From Macrostomum lignano (lineage: Eukaryota): a stretch of 64,000 nt of DNA. Of this stretch, positions 24,184 to 36,740 are shown in pieces (position 1 is the stretch's first letter; each line of letters begins with the position of its first letter). The stretch covers positions 133,560 through 197,559 of the forward strand of contig NIVC01002163.1 in NCBI GenBank assembly GCA_002269645.1. Direction: 5' to 3'. Below the pieces are notes generated by a model that was not told the origin of the DNA, did no database searches, and saw only the letters and a list, made by a program, of their open reading frames with translations. The position numbers and the translations under genes were made by a program.

Positions 24184-27100
24184 TCAGTTATCTCGATTGG
24201 CTGATGCACCTGGCTGCAGCAGGGGCGTGTTAAATGGATTCTGTCGCTCCCAGACGACCATCGATTCAGAGTTTGTCTCTCCAGCTGTCTGCTGCTGTTG
24301 CTGAAAATCCACTCCCCTGTACTTGATCTCGTCCGACTCGTCGTTAAGTCGACAGTTAAGCTTCAACGTCTCGGATCCGTCTTCGACCTTCACCAGATCG
24401 CTGAAGACCACCTTGTGACTGGGCGACCTTTCGCAGGAGGAGGATTTCAATCGGCGCTGATGTTGCTGGTGCAGCTGGTGAAACATGGCGTGCTGCTGCT
24501 GCAGCTGCTGATGATGCCGCTGCTGATGTCCGGGTTCTGGGGAGACAGCTGTGGCGATTGCATCTGCGGAAGAATGTCGAGCCCTCGACGGTAAATTGCC
24601 GCCGTTAGAATCCGCCTTGAGCTGGTCTACTCTGGAGCCCAACTGGTGCTGCGGCTGGTGCTGGACTGGCCGGTTGGTGCTACCGGCGGGCTCCTGGGAT
24701 TGAAGAGGAGGGTTGAGTTACTGGACTGAATCGAGTCTATACCGACTGCGTACTAAATTAGCTGGTTGCTTGCTTACCGTAGCCTGCAAATTGTTTGACT
24801 TTGGCTCCAATGGTTTTGTTTGAGGCGACTTTTCCTTCTGGTTTTGTTGCGGCTGCTGCTGCTGCTGGCTAGTTTCCTGCAGCATTGCTTCTGTGCAGGT
24901 AGCACTGGAAATTTGGAGCAAATGTGTAGGAAGGTTAGCTCTACTGATAAAATTGAGGGACATCGCTGATTGGCTGCAAGGATTTAGCATGGGTGGGAGT
25001 GTCTGCAAGTGGGACATCGCTGATTGGCTGATAGGATTTAGGATGAGTGGGGTGTCTGCAAGAGGGACATCGCTGATTGGCTGCAAGGATTTAGCATAGG
25101 GTGGAACAGTTCTCAGTGGCCCGAGGGGCGGTGAGAATTTACAGTACATCCTGTCAGTATCAATCCTCACCGCTTAACCGTCTCCATAGCAACCTCCAGG
25201 CAGTTACTGCGCCTTTTCGCGTCCTCCAGCGCCTGGCGCGCCGAGTCCCGCAGCCTGGCATAGCTGTCAATCTGCGCCCGCCGCTGCTCGAGTCTCTCCT
25301 CAACGGCCAGCTCGATCTCCGAGTGCATCAGCGACTCGTGGCTGGCCAGCATGGTCTGTACGATCTTCAGCCTGGCCGAGACGCTCTCGATGAATTCCTT
25401 GGAATCGGTCGGTCCCCTCTCACCAGACAATAGTCCGGCCTCCAAGTTGGCGAGGAGGGCACTGATCTCCTTCTGCTGCTCAGTGAACTCCTTGTAGGCT
25501 TCCGATAGACCATCATCGTCGCTTAGCGACTCGACAAATTTTCCATTAGCGAGATCGTTGATGCGCTTCTGTGGTTGGTAGGGGGTCGCAGAATAGGATC
25601 ACGTGCTAACCAGGCCGTTAGGGTCTCTGTGGCATCGCTGATTGGCTGAGAGCTTTTCCGTGGGGTAAGAAAAATTAAGGGAGAGAGTTGGGCGGCAGTG
25701 CTGATTGGCTGCGCGCATGGGTTAAGGTGGATTGTCGGATTCTGGTTGGCTTTCGCGGGCAAGGCGGCGTAAAAAAAGCTGCTTACCTCGATGTCGACCC
25801 GAAAGGCGGCAAATTCAGCACCTAATCGGGCGGCGCTGTCGCGTGCTTCTCCAACGCCGGCGTCGACAGTCTGGCGACTGCGCGCCACCGCCTGCTGCAG
25901 GGCTCGCAGGCCGCAGATGAGGCCAGCGTTTTGCGGCGGCTGGTACGGCACCGCGGTCTCCGTGCTGGCGGCAGCTGAGGAGGCTAATAATGCAGTGTGG
26001 GTGAATATGGGCTTTAGTTTCTGAATTTCGATGGCATGATTCTTGTTGGCATTGTTCTTACAGAAGCGCGCAACTCCACGCGCAACTATTCTTCTTGCTT
26101 CTATTTAACCTTTTTCGGCACGCAATGCGCGCTCGCACTACTCACGTCGAGTAGTTTTCGCCTCACCGCTCTTGGTAGAAAATGCGCTGTCCAGACTGCT
26201 CTCGCTTGGCGCGTGGCAGCCGCCGCTTTGAACAGCTGGTTGCTGAGGCTGCGCCATTGTCCAGCCGGCTGAAGACACAGGCGACGGGCCCTGTGAGTGC
26301 CGTTGCGGCGGCGGCGGCGGCGGCAGCTGATGTCGGTGCCCCGCCGGCGTTGCCTCGACTCGGGCGGCTGCAGAGAAGAGAATAATAAAGAGAGTTAAAC
26401 ACGGTTTGTAGTGAGCGTCATTCAAGCGCTAAATTATCGATTATTTGCACTGGCTTATTTGCACTGCTAGAGCTATCCATGCTCCAGAGTAGTGAAGGTG
26501 AGCAGCAATCCAGGATTCCGGTTCCTCTGCCGCTGGATCGATTGTCGCTGTTAGCTCCTCTCGCGTTGCTGTCAGCTCGCTCGCTCACTCACTCACGCAT
26601 CACTCAGAGCAAATCTCCGTTCCGAGCGCTGTCTGCTGCGCGCCTTCTTCATTTCCCGGCAAGAGAGGAAGAAGACAGACAAGCAGGCCGCACTGGCTAC
26701 TCAACAAGTCTTGGACACTTCTCCCCCCCCCCTCACAGTTGTTGGCATCTTAGCTTTCTCGTGTGCTGTGACTAATTTAGTGTAAAAATAAATCTTTTTC
26801 CATTCCCCGCTCGGGCCCGAGCAAATCCTGCGACCTCTTATTCTCACCCTGGACGGTCTGGTCTTGCCGGGACGGAGACGGAATTCGCCTCTCTGACGAT
26901 CTGCCCTTGTCGGGACTGAGAGGGAATTCCCCTGTCCATCTGCTCTTGCCGGGACTGAGAGGGAATTCCTTTGTCTATCTGCTCTTGTCGGGACTGAGAG
27001 GGAATTCCCCTGTCTATCTGCTCTTGCCGGGACTAAGAGGGAATTCCCCTGTCTATCTGCTCTTGTCGGGACTAAGAGGGAATTCCCCTGTCTATCTGCT

Positions 27101-30100
27101 CTTGTCGGGACTAAGAGGGAATTCCCCTGTCTATCTGCCCTTATCGGGACTGAGAGGGAATTCCCCTGTCTATCTGCCCTTGTCGGGACTGAGAGGGAAT
27201 TCCCCTGTCTATCTGCCCTTGTCGGGACTGAGAGGGAATTCCCCTGTCTATCTGCCCTTGTCGGGACTGAGAGGGAATTCCCCTGTCTATCTGCCCTTGT
27301 CGGGACTGAGAGGGAATTCCCCTGTCTATCTGCCCTTGTCGGGACTGAGAGGGAATTCCCCTGTCTATCTGCCCTTGTCGGGACTGAGAGGGAATTCCCT
27401 TGTCGGGACTGAGAGGGAATTCCCCTGTCTATCTGGTCTTGTCGGGACTGAGAGGGAATTCCCCTGTCTATCTGCTCTTGTCGGGACTGAGAGGGAATTC
27501 CCCTGTCTATCTGCCCTTGTCGGGACTGAGAGGGAATTCCCCTGTCTATCTGCCCTTGTCGGGACTGAGAGGGAATTCCCCTGTCTATCTGCCCTTGTCG
27601 GGACTGAGAGGGAATTACCCTGTCTATCTGCCCTTGTCGGGACTGAGAGGGAATTACCCTGTCTATCTGCCCTTGTCGGGACTGAGAGGGAATTCCCCTG
27701 TCTATCTGCCCTTGTCGGGACTGAGAGGGAATTCCCCTGTCTATCTGCCCTTGTCGGGACTGAGAGGGAATTCCCCTGTCTATCTGCCCTTGTCGGGACT
27801 GAGAGGGAATTCCCCTGTCTATCTGCCCTTGTCGGGACTGAGAGGGAATTCCCTTGTCGGGACTGAGAGGGAATTCCCCTGTCTATCTGGTCTTGTCGGG
27901 ACTGAGAGGGAATTCCCCCTGTCTATCTGCTCTTGTCGGGACTGAGAGGGAATTCCCCTGTCTATCTGCCCTTGTCGGGACTGAGAGGGAATTCCCCTGT
28001 CTATCTGCCCTTGTCGGGACTGAGAGGGAATTCCCCTGTCTATCTGCCCTTGTCGGGACTGAGAGGGAATTACCCTGTCTATCTGCCCTTGTCGGGACTG
28101 AGAGGGAATTCCCCTGTCTATCTGCCCTTGTCGGGACTGAGAGGGAATTCCCCTGTCTATCTGCCCTTGTCGGGACTGAGAGGGAATTCCCCTGTCTATC
28201 TGCCCTTGTCGGGACTGAGAGGGAATTCCCTTGTCGGGACTGAGAGGGAATTCCCCTGTCTATCTGCTCTTGTCGGGACTGAGAGGGAATTCCCTTGTCT
28301 ATCTGCCCTTGTCGGGACTGAGAGGGAATTCCCCTCCCTGCCTGCTTTGGCAAGCCGAGAAGGCGGTTTTTATTCCAACACAAGATTTTTTTGCCCCCCC
28401 CTCATCGTCTGTCTTGCTTGTGAAACTTTTGCGTCAGCTGCCCTGCGCCGCTGCTAAATCCCCTGCCTCTTCAGAGGCCCCCGGTCAAATCCCATTATTA
28501 GTCAGGCCGCAGGACAGCGGAGGACGCAGTGAGGGGGGGGGGGAATCCCCGCAGTGGCTGCCATCCTGGTGGCTGCTCGGCCTCTGTGTTGTTCGGCAAT
28601 TTTTCCCGTGTCTTCTACGCAGCCACCGCCGCTGCGTATAAGGGATGCCTGAGGCGCCCCAACCGCGCAACGCCGTGGGGATTACAACTGAGGGGATTCG
28701 AAGATTCGCGCCCCATCACCGCTACGAGAGCCGGCGCGTTAGGGATTTTACTATCCCCGAGCCGCGCTGCTCTGTAGGGATTGGGAATTTAATCAGCCAG
28801 ACTGATCATTGCCAGTCCTTTACTCGATTTGGAAACTGCGCCCTGATCCCCTGTCCCAGTCTGAGCACTTCCCCTGTTGGTACCGCGGGGTTCTGTTAGC
28901 TCTTCTGCACTTTGGCATTGTATGAATAGGATCTATTATCCCCTAGATCTACGATCCCCTAGACTTATAACCCTCTAGATCTATAATCCTCTAGATCTAT
29001 GATCCCCTAGATCTATGATCCCCTAGATCTATGATCCCCTAGATCTACGATCCCCTAGATCTGTCATCCCCTAGATCTATGATCCCCTTAGATCTATGAT
29101 CCTCTAGATCTATAATCCTCTAGATCTATGATCCTCTAGATCTATGATCCTCTAGATCTACGATCCCCTAGATCTACGATCCCCTAGATCTATGATTCCC
29201 TAGATCTATGATCCCCTAGACTTATGAACCTCTATATCCATGATCCCCTAGATCTATGACCCCCAGATCTGTGATCCCCTAAATCTATGATCCTCTAGAT
29301 CTATGATCCTCTTGATCTATAATCCCCTAAATCTATGATCCTCTAGATCTATGATCCTCTTGATCTATAATCCCCTAAATCTATGATCCTCTAGATCTAT
29401 GATCCTCTTGATCTATAATCCCCTAAATCTATGATCCTCTAGATCTATAATCCTCTTAATATCTATTAAATCTATAATCCCCAAGATTAAACTTCTAGAT
29501 GTATAATCCCCAAGATCGGATACTAGATCTCTATTCTACTAGATCTAAATAAATCAGCTGATCTCTTACTCATCGCACTGGCTGTCATCATTGCCTGTGG
29601 CTGCGCCGGCGGAGGTGGCGGCGGCGGTGGAGGCGGCGGCGGTGGACAAGTGCAGGTGCACACGGGTGCAGGATGGCGCAACTGGAATCTCGGGTCGGGA
29701 AGCTCAGACATGGCCACGAAACCGGCTGAGTCGTAGCTTCTTGAGCAGTCGAAATCCTGCTGAGGTGGCTCCAAAATTTTCAGCAGGCAGTTGGGTCGAA
29801 TGTCTCTGAAAGCACAGGGTTGTTTATAGACGGTCAGCTCTGGGATCTAATGACAGTCAGCTTTGGGATCTAATGACAGTCAGCTTTGGGATCTAATGAC
29901 AGTCAGCTTTGGGATCTAATGACAGTCAGCTTTGGGATCTAATGACAGTCAGCTCTGGGATCTAATGACAGTCAGCTTTGGGATCTAATGACAGTCAGCT
30001 TTGGGATCTAATGACAGTCAGCTTTGGGATCTAGTGACAGTCAGCTTTGGGATCTAGTGACAGTCAGCTTTGGGATCTAATGACAGTCAGCTCTGGGATC

Positions 30101-33100
30101 TAATGACAGTCAGCTCTGGGATCTAATGACAGTCAGCTTTGGGATCTAGTGACAGTCAGCTTTGGGATCTAATGACAGTCAGCTCTGGGATCTAATGACA
30201 GTCAGCTCTGGGATCTAATGACAGTCAGCTTTGGGATCTAATGACAGTCAGCTTTGGGATCTAATGACAGTCAGCTTTGGGATCTAGTGACAGTCGGCTT
30301 TCGGATCGAACGACAGTAAGCTTTGGGATCGAACGACAGTCAGCTTTGGGATCTGAAGGAGATTAACGGTCAGTTTAGGGATCTGAAGGAGATTAACGGT
30401 CAGTTCAGGGATCTGAAGGAGATTAACGGTCAGTTTAGGGATCTGAAGGAGATTAACGGTCTTTTAAGAGATCTGAAGGAGATTAACGGTCAGTTCAGGG
30501 ATCTGAAGGAGATTAACGGTCAGTTTAGGGATCTGAAGGAGATTAACGGTCAGTTTAGGGATCTGAAGGAGATTAACGGTCAGTTTTAGGATCTGAAGGA
30601 GATTGACAGTCTGTTTAGGCAGGGATCTGGAGGAGATTAACGGTCGGTTTGAGGATCTTTCAGCCTGTCATGTTTCATAATTATGTCTGGCATTCATGTT
30701 TTGCAGCTGACAGACAAGCAATGTGCAGATATGATATGCGCACAGCACCCTCGGGTTATGCACTAAATTATGGATAAAGTTTGCAGACTGACCGAATATC
30801 CTCCAGCTCGTAGAAGACGTCGCGACAAAGCTTGTCCTGAATGTACACCCGCCGCTGGGGGTTCTCGGCGAACCACTGGATTCCCGTGATCCATTGTGGA
30901 AACGCTCTGGCGAACAGGGATTTAACGGAGTCGACTGCCGCCAGCTTGCCCGGCTGCTGGACCCGCCTGACGTTATCGCGAAAGATGAGGAACAGCGGAC
31001 CTGGACGGAGGGAGGAGGGTTCGAACTGGAGTCCCGCCCATCAATCATGCCGATGGCGGATGGCTTGCAGCTGGGGTGGTCGATTTCTCCCTACTTGGGT
31101 GGGAGCCGCGAGGGAGTCTGTGACTGTGAATTTTATATAAAAGCATAACCTACTCGAATGTTGTTCAACTTGTTTGTTGCAAGTAGGGGTGTTCGGGGTT
31201 CGGGGTCGGGTCGGGTTTCGGGTCGGGTTTTGGTACCGGGTTCGGGGTTCGGGGTAGGTGTTCCGGGTCGGGTTCGGGGTTCGGGGTAGGGGTACCGGGT
31301 TCGGGGTTCGGGTCGGGTTTGGCCACCGGGTTTTCGGGGTTTTCGGGGTTTTGAACAATATCATTCTCAAGAGTATTTTCAAGCACTTTTTTACTCCTTA
31401 TGCAAAATCCACAATGCGAAAGATATGCATTGAGTTTCAGGTACAACTTAAGTTATATTTTACATACAATTTGAAACAGAAATAGCAGATAGAACCATGG
31501 ATTCATTTACACTTTCTGGTAAATAACGATTGTCGTTTTTCGACCCATTCAGTATTGCAGTTGATGATTTAAAAAATTACGTTCAGTAATAATTTTACAT
31601 GTGCTACGTGTAACATGGTCTGAACTTCTGGATTGGATGAGGAAGCTAAAAATTTATAAATACACTATTATTCTCCACGCATCAGTCGCCAATAATCAAT
31701 TATCACAATGATTACCTACTCATATCAGCATACAATTTTATGTAAAGACGTCACTTTAGTTTTTACATAGCAATTCTGTTATACCACTACTGACTTACTG
31801 TTAACTGTAATCAAAAGTAAAAATATATATATATTTGTGATTAACTCTCCTGTTTCATTGTTTCATTGTTTTATCTGTGCTATCTCTTTATCGCTCTAGT
31901 TCTATCTCTACTGATATCTACACTACAGGGTATAATCTAATTTTATTGTACTCTATTTTTGCAGCTTAAATAAACTCATAGATGTAATATTACTATGAAA
32001 GCAATTTCGTTGTAAGTATAGGTACGAAATGGTCCTGATTTTAGTTGTGACCTTTCATGTATCTTACTATTAGATCTTGGGTCTTGGTATTCCTTCCATC
32101 TCAATCCCAATCCCATTGCAAGAAGTGTTTCATATTTCTTTTCCTAGTTGTAGAGTAGCTAAGGGAAATAAAACCACAAGGCTAAGTGGTTGAAGCTGTT
32201 AAGGCACATCTCAATATATAAAACTGAATTTAAAACTGAAATTCAAAACTGAAAACTGAAAAATTGAAAACTGAAAACTGAATTTATTAAAATGATTGAC
32301 CAAAATAAGCGTGAAAATGTTCGGGGTTACGTTCGGGGTCGGGTCGGGTTTTGGTACCGGGTTCGGGGTTCGGGGTTGGAAGAAATGTTCGGGACGGGGT
32401 TCGGGGTTCGGGGTAGGGGTACCGGGTTCGGGGTAAACCCCGAACCCCGAAAAAATGGCCGACCCGAACACCCCTAGTTGCAAGGCATTTAGGAAGCACT
32501 TTTCCAGCATTTTTGCCAGACAGAAGTCCAATTTGTGATCTAGAAGTCTGATTCCGTGATCTAGAAGTCTCATTCTATGTTCTAGAAGTCTGATTCCGTG
32601 ATCTAGAAGTCTGATTCCGTGATCTAGAAGTCTGATTCCGTGATCTAGAATTCTCATGATTCCGTGATCTAGAAGTCTCATTCTATGATCTAGAAGTCTG
32701 ATTCCGTGATCTAGAAGTCTCATGATTCCGTGATCTAGAAGTCTCATTCTATGATCTAGAAGTCTGATTCTATGATCTAGAAGTCTCATTCTATGATCTA
32801 GAAGTCTCATTCTATGATCTAGAAGTCTCATTCTATGATCTAGAAGTCTGATTCTATGATCTAGAAGTCTCATTCTATGATCTAGAAGTCTCATTCTATG
32901 ATCTAGAAGTCTCATTCTTTAATCTAGAAGTCTCATTCTATGATCTAGAAGTCTCATTCTATGATCTAGAAGTCTCATTCCATGGTCTAGAAGTCTCATT
33001 CCATGGTCTAGAAGTCTCATTCCATGGTCTAGAAGTCTCATTCTGTCATTAGAAGAACATATAGATCACAAAAAAATTTACGACTGGAGAGACGGTGTAG

Positions 33101-34989
33101 TAAAGAGTCAATAAGCACGCAATATACTTATTAATCAATGGCTGGTCTCAGCGCATTTGGATTTGCCACCAGCCACTGATCCCCCCCTCCCCAACTCACC
33201 GCTGGCAGCCGATTTCGAGCTTTTAATCCGTCGAATAGCGAACAGGCTCAGGCCGCTTTTGCCGCCGGCTTTGCCAGTCGCCGCCTTGTCTGGCAGTTCG
33301 TGCATGTTGCCCAGGCTGCCTGCCATTGGCAGATCGCCGTAGCAGTGCCTGCCGTCTGCCAGGCCCTGTTCAGTGTTTGAGCAATCAGATTTGACAGAAA
33401 TTTTTGCTCTTCTCTGAAGCGAAATTTTTAAACACAATTAAAAGACTGATAAAATAAGCAGGTTTGCTGAAGTTCGCCAGGTTGCTTCCTGACTGACTCT
33501 TCCCCGTCCTGACACTTCCTAGTCCTGACACTTTCCAATCCTGACACTTCCCGTCCTGACACTTCTAGTCCTGACACTTCCCAATTCTGACACTTCCCAA
33601 TCCTGACACTTCCCAGTCTTGACACTTCCTAGTCCTGACACTTGCCAGTCCTGACACTTCCTAGTCCTGACACTTCCCCGTCCTGACACTTCTAGTCCTG
33701 ACACTTCCCAATCCTGACACTTCCCCGTCCTGAACATTCCCCGTCCTGACACTTCTAGTCCTGACACTTTCCAGTCCTGACCCTTCCCAGTCCTGACACT
33801 TCCCCGTCCTGACACTTCCTAGTCCTGACCCTTCCCCGTCCTGACACTTCCTAGTCCTGACACTTCCCCGTCCTGACACTTCCTAGTCCTGACACTTCCC
33901 CGTCCTGACACTTCCCCGTCCTGACACTTCTAGTCCTGACACTTTCCAGTCCTGACACTTCCCAGTCCTGACACTTCCTAATCCTGACACTTCCCAGTCC
34001 TGACACTTCCACGTCCTGACACTTCCTAGTCCTGACACTTCCCCGTCCTGACACTTCCTAGTCCTGACACTTCCCCGTCCTGACTCTTCCCCGTCCTGAC
34101 ACTTCTAGTCCTGACACTTTCCAATCCTGACACTTCCCAATTCTGACACTTCGCAGTCCTGACACTTCCCAATCCTGACACCTCCCAGTCCTGACACTTC
34201 CCAGTCCTGACACTTCCTAGTCCTGACACTTCCTAGTCCTGACACTTCCCCGTCCTGACACTTCCTAGTCCTGACACTTCCCCGTCCTGACACTTCCTAG
34301 TCCTGACACTTCCCCGTCCTGACACTTCCTAGTCCTGACACTTCCCCGTCCTGACACTTCCTAGTCCTGACACTTCCTAGTCCTGACACTTCCTCGTCCT
34401 GACACTTCCTAATAAATCTGACAAATCCAATCCTGACGCTTCCCAATTCTGACACTTCTCAATCCTGACACTTCCCAATCCTGACACTTCCCAGTCCTGA
34501 CACTTCCCAATCCTGACACTTCCCAGTCCTGACACTTCCCAATCCTGACACTTCCCAATCCTGACACTTCCCAGTCCTGACACTTTCTAGTCCTGACACT
34601 TCCTAGTCCTGACACTTTCTGACGTTCTCGCAAAGAAGAAATTCTTCCTGTTGTGAACTATTAAATTTCAATTTTTCCCATTCTTAAGAGTGGTCAAGTC
34701 TCAGTGGCAATTTTTTTCGGCCACCTCCCCAGACTCTCCGCCTCACCCGTCCTCTCTGAGCTGAGTAGCTGCTGAGCAGCGGACTCGCTGGGGTGCTGCC
34801 GGTGCTGCCGCCTGCCGTCAGCCGCTCCCGCCAGCCACCGCCGCCGTTCCCGAAGCTTCCTCCGTAGCCGCAGGCGGCGTCCTCTGAAGTGACGGAGCCG
34901 GACCTTGCTGACCGCGGACCCGCCGGCGCCGCCGCCGTGAGGTTCCGGTGCTGCCCAGTCCGACCGGAAGAAGACGGATCCTGCAGTTC
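24184..34989 (-). CDS. AIP3/Bud6-domain coiled-coil protein, SRCIN1/KIAA1217 (sickle tail)-like; at least 9 exons, ~758 aa recovered, N-terminus unresolved
   Basis: Hand-spliced exons 34989-34747, 33365-33200, 31000-30793, 29805-29570, 26367-26167, 25974(or 25983)-25787, 25568-25171, 24904-24778, 24693-24184 all have GT/AG ends and consistent phases. GPLFLIFRDNVRRV..VDSVKSLFARAFPQ..RVYIQD..DVFYELEDIR|DIRPNCLLKILEP resembles the AIP3 domain of SRCIN1/KIAA1217, and is followed by coiled-coil exons. Confidence 0.75.
26907..28335. repeat. 39-bp minisatellite (TTGTCGGGACTGAGAGGGAATTCCCCTGTCTATCTGCCC), ~37 units, intronic
   Basis: Tandem units, with truncated 25-bp units ending at 27399, 27853 and 28230. 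Confidence 0.95.
28935..29520. repeat. ~16-bp minisatellite (GATCCCCTAGATCTAT), intronic
   Basis: Tandem units rich in AGATCT/CTAG, next to the 29569 donor. Confidence 0.9.
29836..30660. repeat. Compound minisatellite: 23-bp units (GGGATCTAATGACAGTCAGCTTT, ~22x) switching to 30-bp units (GGGATCTGAAGGAGATTAACGGTCAGTTTA, ~10x)
   Basis: Two adjoining arrays fill intron 29806-30792; transition at ~30300-30350. Confidence 0.95.
31184..32476. mobile_element. Non-autonomous hAT-type element (MITE-like), 1293 bp
   Basis: TIRs TAGGGGTGTTCGGG / CCCGAACACCCCTA. Perfect 8-bp TSD GTTGCAAG at 31176-31183 and 32477-32484. Subterminal GGGTTCGGGGTTCGG arrays and an AT-rich non-coding interior. Confidence 0.88.
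32535..33045. repeat. 21-bp minisatellite (TCTAGAAGTCTCATTCTATGA), ~24 units, intronic
   Basis: Tandem units; explain ORF 32211-32915. Confidence 0.95.
33495..34620. repeat. 14-15-bp satellite (TCCTGACACTTCCC[C]G / ..CTAG variants), intronic
   Basis: Tandem TCCTGACAC cores throughout intron 33366-34746. Confidence 0.95.
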
Positions 34990-35538
34990 CTGAGGTTGAT
35001 CAAAAAAGAAGAAAACTGATGGGCGGCTCCAGTCAAAGCCGATGTTATCTCAGTTGCCAGGCAGATTGAGCAGCTGATAAGTTGGCATTTGGACTTGGCC
35101 TGTCGGTCGGCCTGAACTGACAGTGCAGAAACTTTTTTATGCCAGCTTGAGCAAGTCCGTCTGCCATCCACTGTCATGCTTTCCCCGTCATTCAACCCGC
35201 GCTCTTGCTCCATTCTCGTCCTTCGTGACAATGCAAGCCCTTAGCCCTGCTGGCCCTGTTTGAGTGAGTGCAGCGCGTGCGAAGCTGTGAGCTGTTTGCA
35301 CTTGAGAAGCCTCAGCAGGAAGCCTTTGGGTTAAGTCGTTGGCTCCCTCCCTAATTCTCTATGTTTGTCTGGGTGAGCACCATCCATTGTACACTCGATA
35401 TCGGCTGTCCTATGTGATTGCTCAGGTGTGAATTCAGCCTGCTTAACTTGGTTGGATAGTTCTCGATGGCTCATTGAAAGAAATATTCACTTGAGGGATT
35501 TGTTCATGCATGCAATATAGAAATCATAGTATTGTGCC

Positions 35539-35835
35539 GATTCTAAAAATAGAAGCATTCAGTCTTATCTGGTGACTCATTTGGGTTGCACTGATAGCGG
35601 ATTCTAAAAATAGAAGCATTCAGTCTTGTCTGGTGACTCATTTGGGTTGCACTGATAGCGATTCTAAAAATAGAAGCATTCAGTCTTGTCTGGTGACTCA
35701 TTTGGGTTACACTAAAGGGATTCTAAAAATAGAAGCATTTATTGATTACCCCTATTGGTTGCACTGATAGCGTTTCTAAAAATAGAAGCATTTAAGTCTT
35801 GTCTGGTGACTCATTTGGGTTGTACTAAAGGGATT
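35539..35835. repeat. 61-bp tandem repeat, ~5 copies
   Basis: GATTCTAAAAATAGAAGCATTCAGTCTTGTCTGGTGACTCATTTGGGTTGCACTGATAGCG starts at 35539, 35600 and 35661, with degenerate copies after. Confidence 0.9.
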
Positions 35836-36575
35836 CTTAAAGGGATTCTGACTCATACCGAATAAACAAAATATAGCGACTCTAAAATTAGAATAGCTTC
35901 TCGGTATCATGCTTATATCGGCAAATGGCTGTCTGCTTCAAAATCAGTGTGCACTATTCAATCAGCCATTGGCTGCTAAAAAATATGATCCCGATCACTT
36001 GGTAGAAAAATTAAAATGCAGCCTGGCCAGGCTAGCAATATGGAATTCGGCACCGTCTGACAGCTCGATGCGGAATAGAGAAAATGAATGCTTTTAATAT
36101 TTATTTTTGCAGACGGCCAGCGGGCTCAATCGAACCGCTTGGTAGGAGATGCGGCAGGCGTGCCCCAACAGATCTTCTGCTCTTGGAAATCTGCTCTTAG
36201 AGGCGAGCTTGAAACGCTTGAGCAGAGGAGGGAATTCTAGATTGCGAGAAAAAGCGCCAGGCGACAGGCAAGTGGCTCTCGGCCTGTGGCGGAGAGACAG
36301 AAGTGTGGGAAGAATTTATGGAACAGTCCGCCCGGCTTGGGGGCGGAGGGGATCGGGGCAGGGAGCCCTCGTGGAGTGGCCGAAAGCAAGTGGAGGCCGG
36401 CGTGCTCTGAATTCCCGGCACCCCTGCTGTTTTCACACTTCCCTTCCCTCCACCGCCATTTCTGAAATGGAGAGAATTTTTTCTTCTTTCAGCCTCTGTC
36501 TTCTTGAGTAGGGCGGCCGCTTCCCCAGGGGAGGTCCGGGGGCTGCGGCAGAGGAGCTGCTGGCAGAGGAAACTG

Positions 36576-36576
36576 C

Positions 36577-36662
<86 letters not shown>

Positions 36663-36740
36663 CAGGCAGGCAGACAGACAGACAGGCAGGCAGACAGGCA
36701 GACACACAGGCAGGCAGGCAGGCAGACAGGCAGGCAGGGG
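36576..36740. repeat. (GATA)n microsatellite followed by (GACA/GGCA)n
   Basis: Directly visible. Confidence 0.97.

Noticed and set aside
26907-28457. Overlapping repeat ORFs and CRISPR-like regularity
   Set aside because: Head-to-tail units with no unique spacers and no cas genes, in eukaryotic intron context. The same applies to all other arrays in the window.
31184-32476. Interstitial telomere-like G-rich repeats
   Set aside because: The unit is GGGTTCGG, not TTAGGG, and it is bounded by TIRs and an 8-bp TSD, so these are transposon subterminal repeats.
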